Source of the DNA: Blastocladiella emersonii ATCC 22665
Lineage: Eukaryota; Fungi; Blastocladiomycota
NCBI GenBank assembly: GCA_025594325.1
Contig: JANHCV010000002.1
Location: 1,364,001 to 1,428,000, forward strand
Direction of reading: 5' to 3'
DNA length: 64,000 nucleotides
Part shown: positions 56,360 through 64,000 of the stretch, piece by piece
Layout of the letters: each line of letters begins with the position of its first letter
Position numbering within the stretch: position 1 is the stretch's first letter
Position numbers and translations under genes: made by a program
The notes under the pieces: generated by a model
The model's input: only the letters and a program-made list of their open reading frames with translations
Told to the model about the DNA's origin: nothing
Database searches by the model: none

Positions 56360-58359
56360 ATGTCGCAATACGGATCGCGCTCCTCGCTCAACGAGTTCTC
56401 GCCCAGCGCCGCGTCGACGGCCTCGGTGCAGGACAACGCCCGCATCATGGACAAGACGTGGGAGATCGTCCAGAAGAAGAGTACCAGCGCTCCTCTGGCC
56501 GCATGCATCGCGGCGTCGCCCTAATGCGCGATCGTGTAGCCTTCACCAAGTGGGTCAACACCAAGCTGCAGCTGCGCGGCATGGCCGTGACGGACCTGGC
56601 GACGGAGCTCGCCGACGGCGTGGCGCTCATCAACCTGCTCGAGATCATTGGCGACGAGCCGCTCAGCCGCTACACCAAGTCGCCGCGCCTGCGCATCCAG
56701 AAGGTGGAGAACCTGAACGTGGCGCTCGGCTTCATCAAGCGCCGCGGCGTCAACCTCGTGTCGATCGGCGCCGAGGACATTGTCGACGCCAACGAGAAGC
56801 TCATTCTCGGCATGATCTGGACCATCATCCTGCGCTTCTCGATCGCCGACATCTCCGAGGAGGGGCTCACCGCCAAGGAGGGCCTGCTGCTGTGGTGCCA
56901 GCGCAAGACGGCGCCCTACGCGCCCACGGTCGCCGTCAAGGACTTCACCTTCTCGTGGCAGGACGGCCTCGCCTTCTGCGCCCTCATCCACCGCCACCGC
57001 CCCGACCTCATCGACTTTGAGAACCTCAACAAGGCCGACAAGCACGGCAACATGGCGCTCGCCTTCGACGTGGCGCAGACGCACCTCAACATCCCCAAGC
57101 TGCTCGACGTCGAGGACGTGGTCGACCTCGTCAAGCCCGACGAGCGGTCCATCATGACCTACGTCGCCCAGTACTTCCACGCCTTCTCGCAGCTCGACAA
57201 GTTCGAGGTGGCCGGCCGCCGCGTCAACAAGTTTGTGCAGGTCATGGCGTCCGCCTACGAGATGCAGAACGACTACGAGAAGCGCGCGCGCGCCCTCGTC
57301 GCCCTCGTCGACGACAAGCAGGCCGCGTGGGCCGCGACCACGCTCGCCGACACGTACGCCGAGGCCAAGGTGCAGTCCAACGACTTCAACGAGTACAAGA
57401 ACTCGGTCAAGCGGACCTGGGTCCAGGAGAAGCGCGAGCTCGACGCCCTGCTCGGCAACATCCAGACCAAGCTCGCCACGTACCACCTCAAGCCGTACGC
57501 GCCGCCCGCGGGGCTCGCGCTCGCCGACGTGGACGCGCACTGGAACCAGCTGCTGGTCAAGGAGGGCCAGTACAAGAAGTCGATCAACGCCAAGATCAAG
57601 GACATCAAGGAGACGCTGCAGACGGCGTACGCGACCCAGGCCAACCAGCTGCAGGCCGAGCTCAACGACATTTCGCTCGCCCTCGCCGACCTCGACGGCG
57701 AGCTCGACCACCAGGCGGCGCGCGTCGTCAGCCTGCAGGACCGCCTCCCCGAGCTCAACACCAAGCTCGCGGCGCTGCACGCGCTCAACGACGAGTGCCG
57801 CGCGGCCAACATCGAGGAGAACGAGTACACGATCTACTCGGTCGAGGACCTCGAGTTCGACCTCGGGGTCGTGACGGCGTCGTTGACCAAGAAGCTCGGG
57901 TTCGTCGAGAACCAGCGCGTCGCGCGCCAGATGACCAACGTGACGCCGCAGCAGCTCGAGGAGTTCGAGACCACGTTCCGCCACTTTGACAAGGACCTCT
58001 CCAACACGCTGTCGGACATTGAGTTCAAGGCGTCGCTCGCCGGGCTCGGCATCGCCTACACGGACGACGAGTTCCTCCGCGTCTTCACGTCCGTCTCGCA
58101 GGACGAGGGCGCCGTCAACTTTGAGCAGTTTGTCGGGTTCATGCGCAACCTGACCGAGGACCGCACCTCGGCCGACCAGCTCCTCGCCGCCTTTGGTCAG
58201 CTCGCCAACGGCAAGAACACCGTCTCCGAGGCCGACATGCGCATCGCCCACCTCCCCGCCGAGACGATCCAGTTCCTCACCGAGGTCATGCCCCGCGACG
58301 CCTCGGGCGACAACTTTGACTTTGCCGCTTACCTCGCCCAGGCGTTCCCGCAGCAGTAA
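56360..58359 (+). CDS. AIN1: Alpha-actinin (two CH domains, two spectrin repeats, EF-hands)
   Basis: WEIVQKK|TFTKWVN, DLADG-type LADGVALINLLE, IDANEKL-type DANEKLILGMIWTIILRF, AKEGLLLWCQRKT, SWQDGLAFCALIHRHRPDL, PDERSIMTYV, and EF loop DKDLSNTLSDIE. One intron. Confidence 0.95.
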
Positions 58360-58592
58360 CGCTCGCGAGCGCGAGTCCCCGTCTTGCAGCCCGTCTTGTA
58401 TTCCCCCACCACCCTCGCGTCTGAAATGATTGAATAATTGATCTGCCTACCCGTTCTCCTGCAAAATTTTCACGCCTGAGCCCTTCCCACGCGGACTGAG
58501 ATCGAGGGCAGGGTCGGCCGCAAGCCGGGTCGCGCGTTCCTCCGCGACCCCTCCTCTCTCCCCTCATCATCAAATGGAGTCTACACCAAACC

Positions 58593-61089
58593 ATGGAACC
58601 TAGTGAACCCGTACAACCACCAACCAGCGACGCCGGCGCCGATCCGCGCCCGCCGCCGGCAAAGCGACTGAAGCGGCCGCGCGTGTCGCACGCGTGCGAG
58701 ACGTGCAAGCGGCGCAAGTCCAAGTGCGACGGCCAGCTGCCGTGCCGCAACTGCAGCGAGAACCACCTCGAGTGCCGCTACAGCGACCCGACGCCGCGCC
58801 AGGCCAAGGGCGCCGCCCGCGCGGCTGCCGCGTCGGGCGCGCTGACCGCCGCGGGCGACCCGACGGCGCTGCTCGACCCGCCACCGCCGACGCAGCAACC
58901 GCTCGACTCGAACACGGCGACGTCGTCGATGCAGCGCGCGCCGACCGCGCAGGAGATCGAGGAGATCAGCGACTCAATGACCCTGTTCGTGCGCATCGAC
59001 GACGACGGGCACCCGCGGTCCTTCTCCAACTTCGGGCCCTCAAACGGCATGCACGTGCTGCGCAAGTGGTCGGCCTCGGTGCGGTCGGGCGTGGTGCACC
59101 ACCCGGCGGCGTTTGGCGACCGGATCCCCCTGCGCGAGCTGCAGCGCGAGGCGGCGCTGTTCCCCGCCAAGGCGATCGTGCGCCGGCTCGTCGATGTGTA
59201 CTTTGAGACGGTCGGCGTGTGGATCCCGATGGTCGACCGGCGCGCCGTCGACCGCGAGCTCGCGCTCGACGTGCCCAAGTGCGCGTTCCACGTGTACGCG
59301 ATGATGGCGTGTGGCGCGATGCGCCTCGAAATGGCCAACCGCATCACCGCCGTCAACGCGCGCGTGCTCCTATCGCGCGTCTTTGCCGAGCGCGCGAAAC
59401 ACGGCCTCCTGCGCATGGACTCGCTCCACCTCCAGTCGATCGAGGGCGTCCAGGCCGCCCTGCTCCTCACATATTACTCGCTCAACGTGCCCAGCATGTC
59501 GCCGTGGATCATTGCCGGCACCGCGGTCCGTATCGCCCAGGACGTGGGTCTGTACCTGCCGCCCGACACGGCCCAGTTCCGCGCCGTCCAGCGGTGCGTC
59601 CCGACGGCGCTCAAGACGTTTGGCGGCGTGTTCGTCGTCGACTGCCTCATGTCCCTCGTCACGGGCAGGCCCGCGATGCTGAGGGAGGAGGAGTGTTACC
59701 TCGATTTCGAGGGGTTCCTGCGCACGCCCGAGAACCAGGCCAAGTACGCCGACGAGCTGCTCGTCGACACGGACCACCCGTTCATCTGGTACGGCTCGTG
59801 CTACCTCTGTTCATTCGGCCGAGCTAACAACGCAACTCGATAGGGTCATCCGCCTCGCCAGCATCATGTCCAAGGTGACGCGCAGCCTCAACAGCATCGA
59901 GCTGCGGCGCAAGCTGCCGTACACGCTGCCCGAGATCCACCAGCTGCTGTCCGACTTCCGCGCCGCGCTGCCCGCGAGCATGCTCGCGTCGCGCACCCAC
60001 CCGACGCCCGTGATGCGGTGCCAGGCCGCGGTCCTCGAGCTGCACTACTACTCGCTCGTCATCTCGCTGTACCGCCCGCTCGTCTCGGCACGCTCATCCG
60101 TGATCCCCGCGCCGCTCAAGCAGCAGTACCTCGCCCTGCTCAACGGCGCGCTCGTCGCCATGCTTGACGTCTTTGACACGATCGCCCCCGACCTCGCATC
60201 GTACCCTCACACCGTTTTCCATGAGCTGCTTTCGTGCATGTCGTGCTGCGTGCTCCTCGTCGCGCACGACCCGAGCGCCGGCCGCACGCTGACGGCGACG
60301 ACGCTCGGGTACCTCGACCGCATCCACGGCATCATCCAGCAGTGCGCCGAAGTGTGGCCCGCGATCCACAGGCTCGCCCTCGTCACGCTCGAAATCAAGG
60401 CCACCGTCATGGGTACCACACCCAGCGTCTCGAGCCTCGACGCGCACCTGCAGTGGGTCACGGCCCGCATCAACGCCGCGTCCGAGGCTACCATGGACCT
60501 CCTCGAGACCCCGCGCGACGACCAGCGCGCTGCCGTCGCCCTCGTTGCGGAACGGTACCTCACGCTCGAGATCCCCGGTGTCCCGATCCCGCGCGCCGCG
60601 GCAGCGGTGGAGCCGGCGGCAGTTGCGGCGGCGGCGACGCACCTCCCGACGCCCGCGCCGCTGATCCTCTCACCTACGTCCGCCGCGCTCGGCAACCCGC
60701 ACGCGAGCGGGGCCGCGCTCGCGCCAGCACCGCCGCCGGGTCCCGACCTGCTGCTCAGCGCGACGGCCCTCGCCAATTTCCCGTGGACCCCGCCGCCACC
60801 ACCACAACTCGTTGGTGCACCGCCGCCGTCGGCCATGTTCAACCCGCTTCCGCCCGCACCACCGCCACTGCAACCGTACCTCGCGCTCCCGACGCTCCCC
60901 GACGCGCTCGCGACCACGGACCTGTCGGGCGTCATTGACTGGTCCGCGTTCGATCTCTCGGTGATGCCCGGCGGGATCAGCGCGATCCATGCGATGATGT
61001 GGGGCGCGGGCGCGGGCGCGGGGATCGGAGGCGGGGGCGGTGGGGATGGAGGAGGAGGGTCTGCGGGGATTGATGGCGGGGGATGGTAG
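58593..61089 (+). CDS. Zn(II)2Cys6 fungal transcription factor with a fungal-specific TF middle domain
   Basis: HACETCKRRKSKCDGQLPCRNCSENHLECRY, then YFETVGVWIPMVD, WIIAGTAVRIAQDVGL, SLVTGRP. Intron 59789-59843. Confidence 0.93.
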
Positions 61090-61564
61090 GGTGAATGTAG
61101 CAACAGTTTTGGCTCAAAGGAACCTAGAACTTGAGCAGTAACGGGAGGGGCAGAGAATGAGGCGTGCACGTGATATGACCGGCGCGTCGGTCGAGCTAGC
61201 CTTGCGGGGAGCCCACTCACTTACACATCAAGATCGCTTCCCAACGCGATGCTTGCACTGGAGTTGTTGTTGAGAGGCCGGGATTACCACGATCGCAATC
61301 CCAGTCCAGTTGGAGCACGGAGGATTCACGCTCAAGCTCTGACGGCGGCCGTTCGATTCAGAGCAGCGTTGAAAGCAACGTCTCGAGAAATAGTGCTTGA
61401 AAAGCGTTGTAGATCACGCGCTCGACTGAACGCCCGCCGAGGCAAGCGTTGGCCCGATCTCGTCGAGGGAAAAACCATGTGACACGTTCGCTCGACCCGC
61501 CGAGGCGGTTTCCCATGCGCACCGGCTCGCAACGCGTCTCTTCTCCTCAAAACGCTTCGCTTCC

Positions 61565-62394
61565 ATGAATCGACCGCACGTCATGAACTTTTCTGCGTTG
61601 AAAACTCTCACTGTGACTTTTAACCTGTGGACGTCGATGTCGATCGTTCTTGGTGCACCTCGGCTCAAGGAGCTTCAGATCACAGGTCGGACAACCGAAG
61701 ACCACGACGTTGAACCTGATCTCGCTTTTCACTCATCTTTCGACAGATTGACCCAGCTCTGCTTGAACACCGACGCCCCACGCCCAGCTATTCACGAGGA
61801 AATGTTTCCGTCATCCGTTCTCTTGCAGTCCACCCCAAATCGTCGTCGCAGGTCGTTGGCGGGTGTTGGCCGTCCGTCAAGCACCTTCGTCTCCTCAATG
61901 TGCAGCCGCAGGACACCTTTGACCTGCGAGTCGTCGCGTCCGAGATCCCGGCGCTCGCCGAGCTCACGATTGACTTGATGAACTTGAGTATCCATCCCAC
62001 TATCGACCTGAGCATGCTTCTGTTTCTGACCGGCGGATGCGGGATCCGGCAACTCTCAGTTGCATCGCGTACAACCCGGCTCAAGTGGACTTCGGATGGC
62101 GGAACGACCACTGTGGCAAGCATTTTCTGGACACGGCGGACTTCGTCGCAGGCTTTGCGCGAGCTTGCGACTCGGACATTGAACCAAGGGTCGCGAACCA
62201 CGATCAAGCTCAACGTCGGTGCGGGCGACGAGGCGCCGAACCTCGCCACTGCGCAGGCTGTGGTTCATCTGCTTGCCAGCTTCACCGATGCGTGTACTAC
62301 CGTGCTTGTTGACACGTCGGACAAGGGTGTCATCGTGGTCTTGCGCGAGCGCGCTGCGAAGATGCGTGCACAACTCACTTTTGTTGCGATTTGA
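61565..62394 (+). pseudogene. Frameshifted, 5'-truncated paralogue of the adjacent F-box/LRR gene
   Basis: MNFSALKTLTVTFNLWTSMSIVLGAPRLKELQI aligns with LHFPALESLSLPITLWKPLSRVLGAPNLTKLRF of the 62575 gene. The LRR-like reading (WPSVKHLRLL) continues in another frame after about 61790. No F-box or intron explains the break. Confidence 0.6.
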
Positions 62395-62574
62395 ATAATG
62401 GAGCTCTTCATTTATACTATACAGTCATATGTGTTGAGCAACCCTTCGTCGTTCTGCCCTGGAGGCGCGACGCTCATTTCGTGTGACGAAAACGTGACGT
62501 GCAGTGCGCCACACGGAGCCACATCGCGGCGTCGTCAGACGGGAGTCCGCGCTCCCCCAGCCGCGCCGCACAGC

Positions 62575-64000
62575 ATGAAACTAATGGACGCTCCTGACGA
62601 GATCTGGCTTTTGATCATCAACGACTTGCTGCATTTGAACGCGAAACGCGATGTCATTGCGCTGAGCACGACCAGCCGCCGGTTTGCGGACCTGGTCCGC
62701 CCCGTCCTTCACCGGACCATGACGATTAAGCTAAACGCCGACCAGCTTCCTGGATTCTGGCAGGGCGTGCCCATTTGCACGTTTGGCAAACAGCTTGATC
62801 TCCAGCCGTTGCGCGGTTGGCTGCCGCTCGTCAGCGACATTGTGCTCAAACCGAGCTATGCGACCCAGGTCACTGCGAGCTCGATCCCGCCGCTTCGTAC
62901 TCTACTTGAACCCGCAGCTGGTCCTTTGCCCGAGCCCACCGTCGCAGATCTAATTGCTCGGCTTGCCCAAAGCAACCCAATCAACTCGTTCCGTGTCCGC
63001 GGACTCGTCCTCAGTAACGAGTACCTGCTCCACACGATTTCAAGTATTGCTCCGAGTCTCACTCTACTCGACATCTCAATGCAGCAGCTTCCTGTTGCGC
63101 TCAACCTCGAGCATCTTGCTTTGCCATCGCTTACCTCCTTTTCCTTCTACGTCGGCCTGTTGAACAACATGCTCCTTGGCCTCCCGCAGGCTCCCAAGTG
63201 CAGCAAACTCAAGCTTTACATCCCGAGGTGCCCACCAAACCTCATTCGTCAAATCCGCGATATGCAGCATCTCCGATCGCTTACAATCGACGTCTCCGAT
63301 GTCTCCTCGCGTCGTGAGCTCTCTGCCATGCTGCTGACATCGGGCTCTCCCGCCGCATCTCTCGTTCACTGGGGCATCCCCTGGCTGACAATTGAAGAGA
63401 TTGAGCGGCTGCCCTCGATGCCGCACCTCGCATCCTTGTCCCTGCGCCGTCAGAAGACTAACAAGGAACGAGGTGGCGGGGCTCTTCCGACGACCCTCGT
63501 CGACCATGAGCGCGTGGCGCGAATCGCTGCCCGGTTCCCTAACCTTCGCAAGGTATCAATCGACGGCCCAATCGATGCGGATGTTCTTGCGCATCTTTCT
63601 TGGCTTAGCATCGCACCCGCGCTTCATTGTGTTGAGCTCAGCGACCCTTGCGCGTTTGCACGTCCCGTCAATGTGGCTTCGACCCAGCACCTGTTCGACA
63701 ACAGTTGGGGTTTGCATTTTCCGGCCCTTGAGTCGCTTTCGCTTCCTATCACGCTGTGGAAGCCCTTGTCGCGAGTCCTTGGCGCGCCAAACCTCACCAA
63801 GCTTCGATTCGAGAGCACGGGTTGTCACTCGAGCCACATCAAAAGCAGACTTGCGCTACACGAGTCGCTTGCGCGATTGACGAGCTTGGACCTCGAGCTC
63901 GGCAACAAAGTCCCTTTCTTCTACGCGAAAGACTTTCCCGTCCTTTCCCATCTTTCTGCCTCGCTTTCAACACTTCGAGAGCTCGGGGATCGCTTCCCAT
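62575..64000 (+). CDS. F-box plus leucine-rich-repeat protein (3' end beyond the window)
   Basis: Uninterrupted frame from ATG 62575 to the edge. It is absent from the ORF track, presumably because it has no stop in the window. MKLMDAPDEIWLLIINDL...VIALSTTSRRFADLV (F-box), then LxxLxL repeats (PSLTLLDI, HLRSLTI, PHLASLSL, FPNLRKVSI, FPALESLSL). Confidence 0.8.
   Translation, partial: MKLMDAPDEIWLLIINDLLHLNAKRDVIALSTTSRRFADLVRPVLHRTMTIKLNADQLPGFWQGVPICTFGKQLDLQPLRGWLPLVSDIVLKPSYATQVTASSIPPLRTLLEPAAGPLPEPTVADLIARLAQSNPINSFRVRGLVLSNEYLLHTISSIAPSLTLLDISMQQLPVALNLEHLALPSLTSFSFYVGLLNNMLLGLPQAPKCSKLKLYIPRCPPNLIRQIRDMQHLRSLTIDVSDVSSRRELSAMLLTSGSPAASLVHWGIPWLTIEEIERLPSMPHLASLSLRRQKTNKERGGGALPTTLVDHERVARIAARFPNLRKVSIDGPIDADVLAHLSWLSIAPALHCVELSDPCAFARPVNVASTQHLFDNSWGLHFPALESLSLPITLWKPLSRVLGAPNLTKLRFESTGCHSSHIKSRLALHESLARLTSLDLELGNKVPFFYAKDFPVLSHLSASLSTLRELGDRFP

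Noticed and set aside
47327-61089. Secondary-metabolite cluster (P450 plus Zn2Cys6 factor)
   Set aside because: They are separated by housekeeping genes (striatin, UAP1, actinin), with no backbone synthase or transporter.
61300-61370. tRNA-like GTTCGATTC and a 7-bp hairpin GCTCTGA/TCAGAGC
   Set aside because: No T-stem pairing, acceptor stem or cloverleaf can be formed; it is a short chance inverted repeat.
21-63880. Hundreds of long antisense or alternative-frame ORFs in the track (e.g. 29864-33901, 1475-3493, 44080-45747)
   Set aside because: Shadow ORFs expected from high GC and strong GC3 bias opposite real genes; the translations are Arg/Ala/Pro-rich with no domains.
1-64000. Transposons, viral insertions, CRISPR arrays, rRNA
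   Set aside because: No transposase, RT, integrase or capsid motifs, no terminal repeats or spacer arrays, and no rRNA-like sequence seen.

Overview
Gene-dense, GC-rich eukaryotic DNA with short (about 55-80 nt) spliceosomal introns. It combines fungal hallmarks (Zn2Cys6 transcription factor, CYP505-type P450-reductase fusion, two-spectrin-repeat alpha-actinin) with motile-flagellum genes (DNAH7-like inner-arm dynein, TTLL6-like polyglutamylase, SPAG1-like, AXDND1-like), so it is a zoosporic fungus, most plausibly Blastocladiomycota (inference). By manual splicing I reconstructed about 25 protein-coding loci and about 54 introns. I found no tRNA, rRNA, CRISPR array or transposon. The strongest leads are as follows. 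(1) A CNG/HCN-superfamily channel next to the dynein gene has a selectivity filter replaced by F-F-I-P-R and a degenerate voltage sensor, yet an intact CNBD carrying both cGMP-selectivity residues. (2) The HUB1/UBL5 gene, whose product promotes use of non-canonical 5' splice sites, needs the only GC-AG intron seen in the window, suggesting autoregulation. (3) A putative 10-TM nucleotide-sugar-transporter-like domain is fused to a Fringe/GT31 glycosyltransferase. (4) A self-sufficient P450 carries an extra N-terminal ubiquitin-like domain. (5) Five flagellum-related genes lie within 37 kb, and three of them share promoter words. All family assignments come from recognised motifs, not database searches.
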